NCBI GenBank assembly: GCA_963707505.1
Contig: CAVPQB010000004.1
Coordinates: 896,001 to 960,000, forward strand
Length of the DNA stretch: 64,000 nucleotides
Direction: 5' to 3'
DNA from: an uncultured Gemmatimonadales bacterium
GTDB lineage: Bacteria > Gemmatimonadota > Gemmatimonadetes > Gemmatimonadales > Gemmatimonadaceae
The position numbers and the translations under genes are program-made. The notes under the pieces are model-generated. The model had not been told where the DNA came from and did not search any database. It saw only the letters and a program-made list of their open reading frames with translations. Below, in pieces: positions 38,240-49,721 of the stretch. Numbering within the stretch: position 1 is the stretch's first letter; every line of letters starts with the position of its first letter.

Positions 38240-40690
38240 GTGATCATGCCCCACGCATCGCCCGCTTTACTCCAGACCGTCCTTCTTGACAGTCCCGGGC
38301 ACTCGGTACGTCTTACCGGAGCGCCTGCGCTGGCACTGATCCTCGCAGTGGTTGCCGTCGTCGCAGCCTTCGTCATCCGATTCATCAGGCTTCGTCGCCA
38401 CGCCAGAGTCGCGACGAAGGCCAGAGGCGCGGCCGAGGCGGAGCTCCAGACGTTATTTGCGGCGATGCAGGACGTCGTGTTCGTCGTCGATAGAGACGGA
38501 AAATACACACGCGTTCCATACACGAACGCGAACGTCCTCTACCGGCCCGCTCCCGATGTCGTCGGGCGCAATGTGAGCGATGTGCTTCCCGCGGACGCAG
38601 CGAAAGTCATCTCCAACGTCTCGGCACAGGTTGTCGATACACAGCGAACGATTCAGACCGAATTCAGGATCCAGCCGGAGGGCAGGGTAGTCTGGTTCGC
38701 GGCAACTGCGTCGCCATTCGATGGACGCGCCGTGTTGTGGGTTACGCGCGACATCACGGAAACAAAGGTCGCACGCGATGCTCTTGCGCACAGCGAGCGT
38801 CGGTATCGTCTGCTGTTCGACCGCAATCCCTGCGCGATGTGGGTGTACGATTACGACACGAGACAGATCACGGAAGCGAATGACGCCGCCGTGGCGCAGT
38901 ACGGCTACGGTCGAGACGAATTCGCACGGATGAAGCTGGAAGATCTGCGCGCTTCCCACGATGTCGCGCGGTTGTCACGCCTTCTCGCCGAGATGCCGGC
39001 CGATGAGCCGCGCGTTCACACCGTGAAGCACAGGAAGAAGGACGGCAGCATAATCGACGTCGAAGCGCGTGGGCATCCGCTCGGCATCCCGGGAAGACAT
39101 CTCCGGCTCGTGGTCATCACCGACGTTACCGAGCGTCTGGCCGCCGAGAGGGTCGTGCTCGAGGCGGAAGAGCGCGCAATGGCAACCAGCCTGATGCTGC
39201 AGACACTGATCGATGCTGCTCCGCAGGCGATGATCGTGCTGGACGCAGAATGGAATGTCACGCGCTGGAACGACGCTGCGGAGGTTCTGTTCGGATGGAC
39301 TGCCAGCGAAATTATCGGTGGCCCGTTGCCGTTCATTCCCGCTGACCAGCGTGATGACGTCGAGGCATGGCGCAGAACGCTGGAACACGGCGGCACTGAA
39401 AAGCCGACAGAAGCAGTCCGAATACGGAAGGATGGCCGGCACGTCGACGTCATGCTGGCGATCGCGCCGCTGTTGGATGCTGAAGGACGCCCCGCCGCAT
39501 TCATCGCCGTGTACATGGACATCACCGAGCGCAAACAGCTCGGGGAGCAGCTCCGGCAGTCGCAGAAGATGGAGGCGATCGGCACGCTTGCTGGCGGAGT
39601 GGCACACGACTTCAACAACATCCTCACGGTCATCTCGTCGTACGCTGCAATGTTGATATCGGACGATCGGTATCCCGACATTCGCGCCGACATGGAGGAG
39701 ATAAGCAGCGCAGCACGACGCGCAACCGGTCTCACGCGCCAGCTGCTCACGTTCAGCAGGAAGGCGATCGTTCAGTTGCAGACCGTTGACATCAACGGCA
39801 TCGTCGAGGAGATGCAGCCGATGCTCCGGCGTCTGCTGATGGAACACATAGAGCTGGTCGTCAAGCCAAGCGGTGTCGCGAGCAGTGTGACAGCGGATGT
39901 GAGTCAACTGGAGCAGATACTGCTCAATCTCACGGTCAATGCTGCCGACGCCATGCCGGAAGGCGGAAGCCTCGTGATCGAGACACATAACGTGTGGCTG
40001 GACGATGCCTATGCGGAGATGCATACCAACGTCGCTCCAGGTCCGTACGTGCTGCTTGCAGTAACAGACTCCGGCATAGGAATGGACACCGACACCATTC
40101 GCAAGATTTTCGAGCCCTTCTTCACCACCAAGGAGATCGGTCGCGGCACCGGCCTCGGCCTTGCCACGGTCTACGCAATCGTCAAGCAGCTGGGCGGCCA
40201 CATCTGGGTGTACAGTGAGCCGCAGCAAGGCGCCACGTTCAAGATTTATCTCCCGCGCGACATGTCGTCGGCGCCGGCGGAAGCCGCGCCCGTGCAACAG
40301 TTGCATCCGACCGCAACCGGTACCGTTCTTCTCGTCGAGGATGACAGCGCGGTCCGGCGTGCGGCGCGACGGATGCTCGAAAAGGTAGGGTTCAGCGTCA
40401 TCGAAGCGCAGGACGGCGAGGAGGGGCTGTCGGTCGCGTCGGGCTACGACGGCGAGATCACTGTCGTGGTGACGGATCTGATGATGCCGAGGATGAACGG
40501 CGGGGATTTCGCCCGAGCGCTGGCAGCGACCAGGCCCGGATCGCGGATCGTATTCACATCGGGTTATACGGATGACGCAGTCCTGCGTAAGCGGCTTGTG
40601 ACATCCACCCACTCCTTCGTACAGAAGCCGTTCACCGGTGACCAACTCGTTCGGACCATAACATCCGTACTCGCGGAGCCTGCATCCTGA
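38240..40690 (+). CDS. Hybrid sensor histidine kinase (3 PAS, HisKA/HATPase, REC)
   Basis: PAS/PAC motifs; [35 protein letters not shown]; receiver domain LLVEDD...TDLMMP. Confidence 0.95.
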   Translation: MIMPHASPALLQTVLLDSPGHSVRLTGAPALALILAVVAVVAAFVIRFIRLRRHARVATKARGAAEAELQTLFAAMQDVVFVVDRDGKYTRVPYTNANVLYRPAPDVVGRNVSDVLPADAAKVISNVSAQVVDTQRTIQTEFRIQPEGRVVWFAATASPFDGRAVLWVTRDITETKVARDALAHSERRYRLLFDRNPCAMWVYDYDTRQITEANDAAVAQYGYGRDEFARMKLEDLRASHDVARLSRLLAEMPADEPRVHTVKHRKKDGSIIDVEARGHPLGIPGRHLRLVVITDVTERLAAERVVLEAEERAMATSLMLQTLIDAAPQAMIVLDAEWNVTRWNDAAEVLFGWTASEIIGGPLPFIPADQRDDVEAWRRTLEHGGTEKPTEAVRIRKDGRHVDVMLAIAPLLDAEGRPAAFIAVYMDITERKQLGEQLRQSQKMEAIGTLAGGVAHDFNNILTVISSYAAMLISDDRYPDIRADMEEISSAARRATGLTRQLLTFSRKAIVQLQTVDINGIVEEMQPMLRRLLMEHIELVVKPSGVASSVTADVSQLEQILLNLTVNAADAMPEGGSLVIETHNVWLDDAYAEMHTNVAPGPYVLLAVTDSGIGMDTDTIRKIFEPFFTTKEIGRGTGLGLATVYAIVKQLGGHIWVYSEPQQGATFKIYLPRDMSSAPAEAAPVQQLHPTATGTVLLVEDDSAVRRAARRMLEKVGFSVIEAQDGEEGLSVASGYDGEITVVVTDLMMPRMNGGDFARALAATRPGSRIVFTSGYTDDAVLRKRLVTSTHSFVQKPFTGDQLVRTITSVLAEPAS

Positions 40691-40796
40691 GGAGGCAGCT
40701 GGACCAGAGTAGTTAACGTAGTCGCGAAGTCTCCGTCACACTGGATGCGTGCGCTCAGGCCGCGCTGGCAGTGCCCTTCTCACGGAGACTCAGGTA

Positions 40797-41066
40797 ATGA
40801 TCCGCATGACGTCACTGATACATGGCGTTCCACTCGCAGCCGCGATGCTTGTCTCGGCTGGCTTCACGATGGCATGCTCGCCAACACGCAACGTTTACGA
40901 TTCGTCGTACCACGACAGCCATCGTTGGGACAGACGTGAGGATGTGGCGTACCGGCAGTGGGAGGCGGAGCAGCATCTTCGTCACCTCGCCTACGAACAG
41001 CGCCAAATCGACGAACAGCGGGCATACTGGGCGTGGCGTCACGCGCATCCGGATGATCGCGATTAG
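40797..41066 (+). CDS. Hypothetical lipoprotein
   Basis: GGAG RBS; lipobox-like TMAC; HRWD..ED.AY and YW.WRH.HPD. Confidence 0.65.
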   Translation: MIRMTSLIHGVPLAAAMLVSAGFTMACSPTRNVYDSSYHDSHRWDRREDVAYRQWEAEQHLRHLAYEQRQIDEQRAYWAWRHAHPDDRD

Positions 41067-41107
41067 CGAGGCCGGAGCCAGCCGGCAACCGATTAGGATA
41101 TGTGAGT

Positions 41108-41488
41108 ATGGGAACTGCCACGAATCGCGACGAAACGAATCCAGGCGGCCGCCCCGCGGTCCGCGGCGTGAGTACCGACGGAAAGACGCGCTGCGCACAC
41201 TATCACAGCGAAGTTGACATAGTAGCGATCAAGTTCCATTGCTGCTCCGAGTATTACGCCTGCAAGGACTGCCATGATGCGCTGGCCGACCACGGGCAGG
41301 TGCCGTGGCCGCGCGAGTCTTTCGAAACGCGCGCGGTCATGTGCGGTGCGTGCGGCGTCGAGCTGACCATCAACATGTATCTTGGGTGTGAAAGCCGCTG
41401 TCCTGCCTGCGGGTCGGCATTCAATCCCGCATGCAGCAGGCACCATCATTTCTATTTTGCGGTTCCTGAAGCAGCCGGGGCAGCCTAG
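41108..41488 (+). CDS. CHY zinc-finger protein
   Basis: RCAHYH, KFHCC..YYACKDCH, CGAC and CPAC...FNP.C..H. Confidence 0.9.
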   Translation: MGTATNRDETNPGGRPAVRGVSTDGKTRCAHYHSEVDIVAIKFHCCSEYYACKDCHDALADHGQVPWPRESFETRAVMCGACGVELTINMYLGCESRCPACGSAFNPACSRHHHFYFAVPEAAGAA

Positions 41489-41521
41489 CAGGCCCCCCTG
41501 GCGAAATGGAGTCCGATCACT

Positions 41522-41543
41522 TAACATACTCATGAGTTTATTA
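41522..41543. promoter_or_regulatory. Candidate TetR operator
   Basis: Imperfect palindrome TAAcAtACTCATGAGTtTaTTA about 50 bp upstream of the TetR gene. Confidence 0.5.
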
Positions 41544-41593
41544 CCGGCCGGTGCGCTCTGCGTCGGCTTTTCTTGCCAGGACGCTGAACGTAA

Positions 41594-42268
41594 ATGGCCG
41601 CCACAAAATCGTTGCGATGGGAACGCCGTCCCGACAGCAGACCGCAGGAGCTGCTCGACGCCGCAATCGTCGTGTTCGCAGACCGCGGCTACCGCAATAC
41701 GCGCATCGACGACGTCGCGGAAGCGGCCGGGGTCACGAAGGGCGCTGTATACCACTACTTCGCAACGAAGGAAGATCTGTTGCTTCGCGCGATCGAGCAC
41801 TATCATGACCGCGCGTTCGGACAGATCGACCAGGTGCTGCGTCATGCGCGCGGCCCTGCATCTGCCCGCATACGGCTGATGATGCGCAAGGCGTTCGGGG
41901 GAGCCGATCCCACGGGGCGGAAGATGACACTTGCGCTGATCCTGCAGGGTGCCCGGCACGATCTACCGGAAGCGCACCGACAGTGGCTACGTGGCGGACC
42001 GATCAAGGGCTGGCGTCTGCTCGCCTCGCTGATCGAGGAGGGAAAGCGCGCCGGCGAATTCCGCGCCGACGCCGACGCGGAGGTCGCCGCGCGCGTGACG
42101 ATCTCCGGTCTCATCACTCAGATCATCTGGCAACCGCTCGCGGTAGATGTACCGGCGCTGTTGATCGACGATGACAGGCTCATCGATTCGGCTGTGGAGT
42201 TGCTGCTGCACAGCCTGTGGCCCGCCATGGTCGTCAACACGACAGACACTAAACGACAACTGACTTGA
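41594..42268 (+). CDS. TetR/AcrR transcriptional regulator
   Basis: LLDAA..VF..RGY..T.IDDVAEAAGVTKGAVYHYF.TKEDL. Confidence 0.95.
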   Translation: MAATKSLRWERRPDSRPQELLDAAIVVFADRGYRNTRIDDVAEAAGVTKGAVYHYFATKEDLLLRAIEHYHDRAFGQIDQVLRHARGPASARIRLMMRKAFGGADPTGRKMTLALILQGARHDLPEAHRQWLRGGPIKGWRLLASLIEEGKRAGEFRADADAEVAARVTISGLITQIIWQPLAVDVPALLIDDDRLIDSAVELLLHSLWPAMVVNTTDTKRQLT

Positions 42269-42370
42269 GCAGCGCATTCCGCGACGGCGTGAGCCGCGCC
42301 ATCGCTTCGTTTTGCCTAGTTGCATACCCGCAAGTATGTATCGATCGGAGCTTCCATCCGGCGCCGATCC

Positions 42371-44002
42371 ATGACTGATGCAGTCCGCATCGTCGAGCTT
42401 ACCGCCGACGAAGAACCGACGGCGGTCCTCGAGCCGATCGTCAGTGAATACGAGCCCAGGAAGGGCGCCGAGCATCGGTATATCATTGCGTTCGCCGTCG
42501 TGCTTGCCGCGATGATGCAGGTGATCGACAGCTCGATCGTGAACGTCGCGCTTCCGGACATGATGGGCAATCTCGGCGCGAGCCTCGACGACATTGCGTG
42601 GGTGTCCACCGGATATCTGCTCGCGAGCGTGATCGTAATCCCGCTGACCGGCTTTCTCGGCGATCTGCTGGGGCGCAAACGGTACTTCGTAGGCTCCATC
42701 GTTCTGTTCACCGCGGCGAGCTTTTTCTGCGGGGCGTCGCATTCACTGGGCGCACTCGTCATGTGGCGCATCATTCAGGGAGTCGGCGGCGGCGCGTTGA
42801 TGACCGTTTCGCAGGCGGTGTTGTTCGAGTCCTTTCCGCTGGAAGAGGCTGGAATGGCCATGGCGCTCTTCGGGCTTGGCGTGATGGTTGGTCCCACGAT
42901 AGGGCCCACGCTCGGCGGCTGGCTCACCGACAATTACGGCTGGCCGTGGATTTTCTACGTCAACATCCCGGTGGGCATTCTGGCGGCAGTGATGATTGCG
43001 GGGTATGTCAACGATCCCGCACACCAGAAGCGACCGCGAGCGATCGACTATCTCGGAATCGCGCTGCTGATTCTGAGCGTGGGATCGCTGCAGTACGTGC
43101 TGGAGCATGGCGAGCGCGAGGACTGGTTCGCGTCCCACTTCATCTCCTGGCTCACGGTGACAGGTGTCGTCGGCGGGGTGCTGCTCATCTGGCGTGAGCT
43201 CACGACCCAGCATCCGGTGATCGACTTTCGCGTGCTCAAGCACCGGCAGATGTGGGTCGGCACCTTGCTCGGCGTGGTCATGGGAATCGGGCTGTACGCC
43301 ATGTCGTTCACGCTACCCGTGTTCATGCAGGGCAATCTGGCCATGACGGCGGAGCAGACGGGATGGATTCTGATGCCCGGCGCTCTTGCAACTGCGGTAT
43401 CGATGGCTGTGGTGGGACGGGTTACGAACAGGTTCGATCCGCGATTGCTGATCACGGCTGGCGCGCTGACTTTCGCACTCGCGGCGTGGAAGTTGTCGCT
43501 GATTACCGGTGCGAGCGGCGCAGCGGACTTCTTCTGGCCGTTGATTCTGCGCGGGGTGGGGCTTGGCCTGATGTTCGTTCCGCTGACGACCATCACGCTC
43601 GCAGAGCTCTCACCGACGGAGCTCGCGCAGGGAACGGGGTTGTACAACTTCTTCCGCCAGCTCGGGGGCTCGTTCGGGATTGCCGGTATCTCCACGCTGC
43701 TCATTCGCTATACGGCGCAGAATCGTGCGAATCTCGTGTCGCACGTATCGACACTCAATCCAATCAGCATGGCGCGCGTCGAGATGATGACGCGAGGCAT
43801 GATGGCGAAGGGAGCGGACTTCTGGACCGCGCAGAAGCAGGCGCTGTCGCTTGTTGACCATCAGCTCATGGCGCAGGCGAGTGTGCTCGCGTACGGTAAG
43901 ATCTATGAGTTGAGTGCGGCGCTCATACTGCTGCTCATTCCTCTATTGCTCCTCGTGCGGAAAACCAAGGGCGCTGCGGGTGCGCACGCGATAATGGAAT
44001 AA
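42371..44002 (+). CDS. DHA2 (EmrB/QacA) MFS efflux transporter
   Basis: DSSIVNVALP, WVSTGYL, RIIQGVGGG, GPTLGGWLTDNYGWPWIFYVNIPVG and RQLGGSFG. Confidence 0.95.
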   Translation: MTDAVRIVELTADEEPTAVLEPIVSEYEPRKGAEHRYIIAFAVVLAAMMQVIDSSIVNVALPDMMGNLGASLDDIAWVSTGYLLASVIVIPLTGFLGDLLGRKRYFVGSIVLFTAASFFCGASHSLGALVMWRIIQGVGGGALMTVSQAVLFESFPLEEAGMAMALFGLGVMVGPTIGPTLGGWLTDNYGWPWIFYVNIPVGILAAVMIAGYVNDPAHQKRPRAIDYLGIALLILSVGSLQYVLEHGEREDWFASHFISWLTVTGVVGGVLLIWRELTTQHPVIDFRVLKHRQMWVGTLLGVVMGIGLYAMSFTLPVFMQGNLAMTAEQTGWILMPGALATAVSMAVVGRVTNRFDPRLLITAGALTFALAAWKLSLITGASGAADFFWPLILRGVGLGLMFVPLTTITLAELSPTELAQGTGLYNFFRQLGGSFGIAGISTLLIRYTAQNRANLVSHVSTLNPISMARVEMMTRGMMAKGADFWTAQKQALSLVDHQLMAQASVLAYGKIYELSAALILLLIPLLLLVRKTKGAAGAHAIME

Positions 44003-44098
44003 CCGCATGCGATTGTCAAAGGCTCGGAAAATATTGATCACCGTTTTCTGACACGCCTGGTGCTGGTATCACGCCGTCGGCGCATGCATTGTTTGAGG

Positions 44099-45310
44099 AT
44101 GACCGGCAAGGCGATTATTCTGGTTCTGTTCGCGGTAGGCGCGCGAGGTGCGCTGGGGTTTGCGCAGGGCGCTGGCAATCCGGCTTTCGATCGTGGCGGG
44201 ACATTCGTTACCGTGCTCGGGCGCGACACCGTAGTCGTCGAGAGCTTCACACGCACCGGTAACAAGCTCGACGGCAATGTGGTCGTGCGCGTTCCGGGGA
44301 CGGTCTTGCTTCACTACGTTGTGGATCTGGCAGCCGACGGTACTCCGTCGCGCTCGGTGGTGGACATAACCCCGATGGGGACGTCCGAGGTCACGAGGAG
44401 ACGTGTAACGATCGACTATGCGCATGACTCGATCTCTGTGGACGTTGACTCGGCCGGGCATCACAGCAAGGGACATGCGGCGCTGAAGCAGCCGCCGTAT
44501 CCACAATTGGTCACGGGCTTCGGTCCGTCGTTCGGACTCTACGCGTCACCTGTCCTGTACGAGCTCTATGCGCCCCTTGCACGTGCGGCGGTAGGTGACA
44601 CGGTGCGACTTACCACGATCGATATCGTTCATGGCCGGCCGTTCAAGCGCGTATTCGTCAGGCGATCATCGAAGGAGCTGGATGCGGACTTCTTCGGCAT
44701 CGCTGCGACACGATTGACGCTTGATGCGGCCGGACGGATCACTGCGGGGGACGCGAGCGAAACTACAGAGCAGACGCAGATGACGCGCACAGCATTTGTC
44801 GACGTGTTGCCGATCGCGAAGCGATTCGCGGCCGCAGACCACGCGGGGAAGGGTGTCGGCGCGGTATCGCCGGAGGTGGTCGCGCGCACAAGGCTCGGCG
44901 GAGCGCCGGTGGTGGTCACGTACAGCAGTCCGCGGCGGCGCGACCGCGTGCTCCTCGGCAAGGTAATCCCGTACGGCAGCGTGTGGCGGACCGGCGCCAA
45001 CGCAGCGACGACGCTCCTCTTCGACAACAACCTGGACATCGGCGGAAAGAAAATCCCTGCGGGCGTGTACAGTCTGTGGACACTGCCCAGGAGCGACGGG
45101 AGCGTCGATCTCATCGTCAACTCGCAACACGGCCAGTGGGGAACGGACTATGACGCGTCGCACGATGTCGCTCACATCCCCATGACGGTCACGACGGCGT
45201 CGTCGCCGCAGGAGAACTTCGCGATCGCCGTCTCGGACGGCACACCAGGCACACTGCGCATGAGCTGGGGAAAGTTTGTCTGGAGCGTGCCGGTTTCGGT
45301 AGCGAAATAG
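44099..45310 (+). CDS. Exported DUF2911-domain protein
   Basis: C-terminal YSSP..R.R...G..IPYG.VWRTGANAAT, PAG.YSLWT.P and GQWGT.Y. Confidence 0.85.
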   Translation: MTGKAIILVLFAVGARGALGFAQGAGNPAFDRGGTFVTVLGRDTVVVESFTRTGNKLDGNVVVRVPGTVLLHYVVDLAADGTPSRSVVDITPMGTSEVTRRRVTIDYAHDSISVDVDSAGHHSKGHAALKQPPYPQLVTGFGPSFGLYASPVLYELYAPLARAAVGDTVRLTTIDIVHGRPFKRVFVRRSSKELDADFFGIAATRLTLDAAGRITAGDASETTEQTQMTRTAFVDVLPIAKRFAAADHAGKGVGAVSPEVVARTRLGGAPVVVTYSSPRRRDRVLLGKVIPYGSVWRTGANAATTLLFDNNLDIGGKKIPAGVYSLWTLPRSDGSVDLIVNSQHGQWGTDYDASHDVAHIPMTVTTASSPQENFAIAVSDGTPGTLRMSWGKFVWSVPVSVAK

Positions 45311-45325
45311 CGGTGATGTGACAGC

Positions 45326-46057
45326 TCAGGGCGCAAACCGGTAGCCGGCCTTGCGCGCAGTGAGAATGTGGCGGGGTTCCGCGGGATCGGCTTCCAGCTT
45401 GTGCCGCAGCCGCGCGACGTGCTGATCGACGGTGCGAGACGTGAGGCCAGGTACGTAGTGCCAGACCTCGTCCATTACATGCTCACGGGAAATGATCGCG
45501 CCGTCAGCCCGAACGAGAAAGACCAGCAACTCGTATTCGCGCGGCGTCAGCTCCACCGCGATTCCGGCGCGCGTCACGGTGCGGGTCTTGAGGTCGATCG
45601 TAACGTCACCGAACTGAATATTCCCAGTTGATGCAGCATCGCTCGCACCAGGCGGCGTGCGTGGCTCGATACGGCGCAGCATTGCTTCCGCGCGCGCGAG
45701 CAGCTCGAGAACACCGACAGGTTTGACGACGTAGTCGTCTGCACCGCTTCGGAAACCCTGAACCTTGTCCACCTCGCCATCGCGTGCAGACAGGATCAGC
45801 ACGGCCGCCGTCCCGCCGTCGGCGCGAAAGCGGCGCAGCACGTCGAATCCGTTGACTTTCGGCAGCATGAGATCAAGAATCACCAGGTCTGGCGAGTGCT
45901 CGCCGAGCCACTCCAGCGCCACCTCTCCATCGGCGGCCCAGTGGACGTTGTATCCTTCGAATTCGAAGCTGGTGCGCAATCCGAGCGCGAGTGTCTCGCT
46001 GTCCTCTATTATGAGCACAGTGTGAGCGTGATGATCGTTCGCTTGAGATTCTGTCAT
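45326..46057 (-). CDS. OmpR-family response regulator
   Basis: IIED, LDLMLP, GADDYVVKP, LTPREYELL and RTVDQHVARLRHKLE. Confidence 0.95.
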   Translation of the reverse strand: MTESQANDHHAHTVLIIEDSETLALGLRTSFEFEGYNVHWAADGEVALEWLGEHSPDLVILDLMLPKVNGFDVLRRFRADGGTAAVLILSARDGEVDKVQGFRSGADDYVVKPVGVLELLARAEAMLRRIEPRTPPGASDAASTGNIQFGDVTIDLKTRTVTRAGIAVELTPREYELLVFLVRADGAIISREHVMDEVWHYVPGLTSRTVDQHVARLRHKLEADPAEPRHILTARKAGYRFAP

Positions 46058-46062
46058 TGTGA

Positions 46063-47685
46063 TTACTCCGCGGTCCAGCGTGGGAGAAATACGGAGATCC
46101 GTGCGCCGGTGTCGGCGCCCTGCTGGATCTCCACGCGCCCGTGCATCTGCAGAATCAGCTCGCGCGCGATCGTCAGGCCAATTCCGGTGCCCGCGGTCGC
46201 GTCTTCCGGAGAATCGAGCCGGGTGAACGCTTCCCATACGCGCTCGCGATCCTTGGCTGGAATACCGGGGCCGGAATCCTCGACCCAGATCTGGACGTCC
46301 TGGGCGTCCGTCCGCACGCCGATGCGAATGGTCTGACCGTTCGGGCCGTATTTCACTGCATTATCGATGAGATTTACAAGCACCTGTTTGAGTGCGCCAG
46401 CGTCGCAAGCCGCGACAGCTGGAACGGCGTCGATCTCGATCTTCATGGAGCGAGCTGCCGCCAGCTGCTCGCAGAGCTCTGCGGAACTTGCGACCACCTC
46501 GGAGACGTCGACCGGCCCGAGCGCGATTTGCGGCCGGGTGGTGCGCACTACTGCGAGGACGTTGTCGGTGAGGCGGATGAGGCGTTGAGTCTCTGTCTCG
46601 ATCACTTCGATTGCCTTGTCATGCTCGTCCTGATTGCGTGCGCGCTTGAGTCGAAGAATCTGCACGAACAACAGGATGTGTTGCAGAGGTGTGCGCAGCT
46701 CGTGCGAGATGTTCGCAAGAAACATCTCTCGCGACTCGACAAGCCTGAACTCCCTGCGCATCATCGCAAGTGTCGCGATGGCAAGCACAATGCTGCCAAT
46801 CAGCAGGAGGAACGAGCCTGGGAGGCGCGAGCTCGAGACACCGCCAAGTACGAGTCGCCTGGCGACCTTTGGGCGGAGACCGACGGTGATCACTATCCCG
46901 CTGATCTGCGGCACTGTATCAGTGCCCAGCGCACGTACAGGAACGCTGTGTGATGGCGCCGCGTACAGAGTACGTCCGTGACTGTCCGCGACGAGAATAC
47001 TCAGGATCGAATCGGTCGGCATGCCTTCCGTAAGGAACGGCGGAACTATGCGTGCGACACGATGGACCAGTGCATAATCCCAGACATCGTATGTCCCGTA
47101 ACACGATCGGTAGCCGTACACCGCCCGTACATGACCCGCAGCGTCGCGAACTGGCGTGAAGGCGATCGCTTCCGGGAAGTCGGGAGAGTCGACGAACAGA
47201 TATCCAAAGTGCCAGGAGGCTATCTCAGGCGTGACTGCAAGCTTGGGTATGGAATCCCGGATTAGCTGCATCGCGGCTGGAATCGGCGTCCCGCCGATGA
47301 TGGTCAGGGCGCGCGAGGGGAGGTCCATCCTGAAGCGGTAAATCTTCCACAGTGGAGACCGCGCACACGTCTCGCCGGTGTCGGGAATCGCGGGAATGAC
47401 GGTCGGCGGCGGAAGGGGTCCAGTCCAGGGATCGTCCGGCCCGAGCTTGACGAAGGCTTGCAGCACGGTGCGCTCGCGCGCCATGAGATAGATCCGAGTG
47501 TCGTACAGATAGCTGGCAAAATGCGCGTACGCATCCAGCGTGCGCTGCGCGGCCTCACGCTGTGCGCGTGCGGATCGAATCGCGTCTCGTAGAGAGAGTG
47601 CAGCACCGCCGACGATCATCGCAAGCGTCACCCCCACGAGAATCGTCCGGATCTTCTTCAGTTTTGGCCGGGCGGTTACGAACAT
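46063..47685 (-). CDS. Membrane sensor histidine kinase
   Basis: Two TM helices flank a periplasmic domain; SHELRTPL, NLIDNAVKY, DSGPGI and GTGIGL. Confidence 0.93.
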   Translation of the reverse strand: MFVTARPKLKKIRTILVGVTLAMIVGGAALSLRDAIRSARAQREAAQRTLDAYAHFASYLYDTRIYLMARERTVLQAFVKLGPDDPWTGPLPPPTVIPAIPDTGETCARSPLWKIYRFRMDLPSRALTIIGGTPIPAAMQLIRDSIPKLAVTPEIASWHFGYLFVDSPDFPEAIAFTPVRDAAGHVRAVYGYRSCYGTYDVWDYALVHRVARIVPPFLTEGMPTDSILSILVADSHGRTLYAAPSHSVPVRALGTDTVPQISGIVITVGLRPKVARRLVLGGVSSSRLPGSFLLLIGSIVLAIATLAMMRREFRLVESREMFLANISHELRTPLQHILLFVQILRLKRARNQDEHDKAIEVIETETQRLIRLTDNVLAVVRTTRPQIALGPVDVSEVVASSAELCEQLAAARSMKIEIDAVPAVAACDAGALKQVLVNLIDNAVKYGPNGQTIRIGVRTDAQDVQIWVEDSGPGIPAKDRERVWEAFTRLDSPEDATAGTGIGLTIARELILQMHGRVEIQQGADTGARISVFLPRWTAE

Positions 47686-47787
47686 GGGGGCGATCCCGTT
47701 GGATCAATCAAGATACCACGGCTTGCCGGCCGCGCGCACTCGGCGATTGTATACGAATGATTCCGTACTATTCCGGCGTGTGCTGGA

Positions 47788-48288
47788 CTAACGGTCCATC
47801 GCAACGACGAGGGGGCCGACGACGAGCATGTGATGGACGAAGTTGACCACGAAGCCCGGCGACGCGATGGGGACGTGGTGCAGCTTCGTCATCGGAAATA
47901 CGACGTAGCACATGGACGACCAGATGATCGCACCAAGTAACGGCCCAACGGTTACGACACCGATCCACCCCTCCGCTGCGCGTTGCAGCGCAGTCCAGTT
48001 GCGGTAAGCCACGTAGTACAGCGTCGCCCACGCGAACGCCACCGCTGCGTGCATGGCGAGCCCGATCAGCATGCCTTCGGTGCCGAGCGCATATGCCTCC
48101 TTGCCGAGCAGCGCAGCCGCCACTCCCTGGAAGACCCGAGCGAACGACGGATGACCGAAGAAGAGAAGTCCGAGCAGATACGCGCTGAACCCGTCGACGA
48201 TTGCCAGTACGCAACCGGTTCTCACGACAGTGGTGAGATCGTCGCGGCGCGTTGACGGGAGCGCCAGTGATGCTGTGGACATCGTCAT
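47788..48288 (-). CDS. Hypothetical 4-TM membrane protein
   Basis: CAGGAG RBS; FQGVAAALLG..A and G...H motifs; hydrophobic helices. Confidence 0.75.
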   Translation of the reverse strand: MTMSTASLALPSTRRDDLTTVVRTGCVLAIVDGFSAYLLGLLFFGHPSFARVFQGVAAALLGKEAYALGTEGMLIGLAMHAAVAFAWATLYYVAYRNWTALQRAAEGWIGVVTVGPLLGAIIWSSMCYVVFPMTKLHHVPIASPGFVVNFVHHMLVVGPLVVAMDR

Positions 48289-48413
48289 GACATTCTCCTG
48301 GTTGCGATGCTGCAAGCACTAAACAGTCGCGCGGCGCCGCGCACAAGCACGGCGCCTGTCAGGGAACGGTGACGGAAATTTTCCAAAGCGCCTGCGTCGC
48401 GCAGGCACCGAGC

Positions 48414-49721
48414 TCAACGCAGACTGCGGAACGCCCGCGCTGCTGCGTTGATCGTGTGGTCGGTCTCGGTTTCGCCGTGCTCTGTCGAAACGAACCACGT
48501 CTCGAACGCCGACGGCGGTGGAGAGACGCCGAGGTCGAGCATCGTGTGGAAGAAGGCGGAGTAGCGACGCGTGTCCGACGCGCGCGCATGTGCGTAGTCG
48601 GTCACCGGCCCGTCCGAGAAGAACGGTGTCAGCATCGTACCCATGTGCGGAACCTGGAGGCTCACGCCAGCGGTCGCCGCTTCGCGCGCGAGGCCCTTGG
48701 CAAGTGCGGTTGTCGCATCTGCCGCACGCTGCCAGACGCCAGGCCTCGCCAGCTCGCGAAGAACGGCGATTCCTGCCGCCATCACGACCGGGTTTCCGGC
48801 GAGCGTTCCCGCTTGATAAACAGGGCCGTCGGGAGCAATCTGTCGCATCAGGTCGGCACGGCCGCCGTACGCTCCGACAGGAAGGCCGCCGCCAATCACC
48901 TTGCCCAGCGTGGTCAGATCCGGCGCAATTCCGAATAGCGTCTGCGCGCCGCCCGGATGTACCCGAAAGCCTGTCATTACCTCATCGAAGATGAGCACGG
49001 CGTCGTACGCGGTCGTCTGCCAGCGCAGGACTTCGAGGAAGCCGGGCAGCGGTAGCACAACTCCCATGTTGCCAGCGATCGGCTCGACGATGACGGCCGC
49101 GATCTTGTGACCGTATTCCGCGAATGCGTTACGGACCGCCTCGACGTCATTGTACGGTAGCACCATCGTGTCACGAGTTGCTGCAGCTGGAACTCCGGGT
49201 GAATCCGGAAGTCCCAGTGTCGCGACGCCGGATCCAGCGCGCGCGAGAACCGAATCTGAGTGACCGTGATAGTTGCCGTCGAACTTGATGATGAGATCGC
49301 GCCCCGTCGCTGCCCGAGCGAGCCGAATCGCGCTCATGACAGCTTCGGTGCCGGACGTCACGAATCGCATTACCTGCATCGACGGCACGAATTGCTGAAT
49401 CGCCTGTGCGAGCTCGGTCTCCTGCGTGCTCGGCGCTCCGAAGCTCGTGCCTCGCGACGCAGTCTCGGTGATCGCGTCCAGCACAACTTGCGGCGCGTGA
49501 CCCAGAATGTGCGGACCATACGCGAGCACATAATCCACCAGGCGATTGGTATCGGCGTCCGTGACGTACGCGCCCTTGCCACTTACAATGAAACGCGGTG
49601 AGCCGCCGACGCCGTTGAACGCACGCACTGGCGAGCTGACTCCGCCCGGAAAGTAGTGTCGGGCGACATCATAGAGTCGCGCGGATTCTGAGGTATCTGG
49701 CGTCGTGTCGATCGATGTCAT
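48414..49721 (-). CDS. hemL: Glutamate-1-semialdehyde 2,1-aminomutase
   Basis: PGGVSSPVRAF, SGTEAVMSA, YHGHSD, FDEVMTGFR, GKVIGGGLPVGAYGG and YQAGTLAGNP. Confidence 0.97.
   Translation of the reverse strand: MTSIDTTPDTSESARLYDVARHYFPGGVSSPVRAFNGVGGSPRFIVSGKGAYVTDADTNRLVDYVLAYGPHILGHAPQVVLDAITETASRGTSFGAPSTQETELAQAIQQFVPSMQVMRFVTSGTEAVMSAIRLARAATGRDLIIKFDGNYHGHSDSVLARAGSGVATLGLPDSPGVPAAATRDTMVLPYNDVEAVRNAFAEYGHKIAAVIVEPIAGNMGVVLPLPGFLEVLRWQTTAYDAVLIFDEVMTGFRVHPGGAQTLFGIAPDLTTLGKVIGGGLPVGAYGGRADLMRQIAPDGPVYQAGTLAGNPVVMAAGIAVLRELARPGVWQRAADATTALAKGLAREAATAGVSLQVPHMGTMLTPFFSDGPVTDYAHARASDTRRYSAFFHTMLDLGVSPPPSAFETWFVSTEHGETETDHTINAAARAFRSLR

Noticed and set aside
38975..40645. Long antisense ORFs (556 aa here; also 19415-20494, 2593-3665 and 56769-57656)
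   Set aside because: These are shadows of well-supported genes on the opposite strand, expected with GC-rich codon bias, and carry no motifs.
32758..48300. Genomic island integrated at tRNA-Pro
   Set aside because: The downstream genes look accessory, but I saw no integrase and no duplicated tRNA 3' end; unsupported without comparative data.
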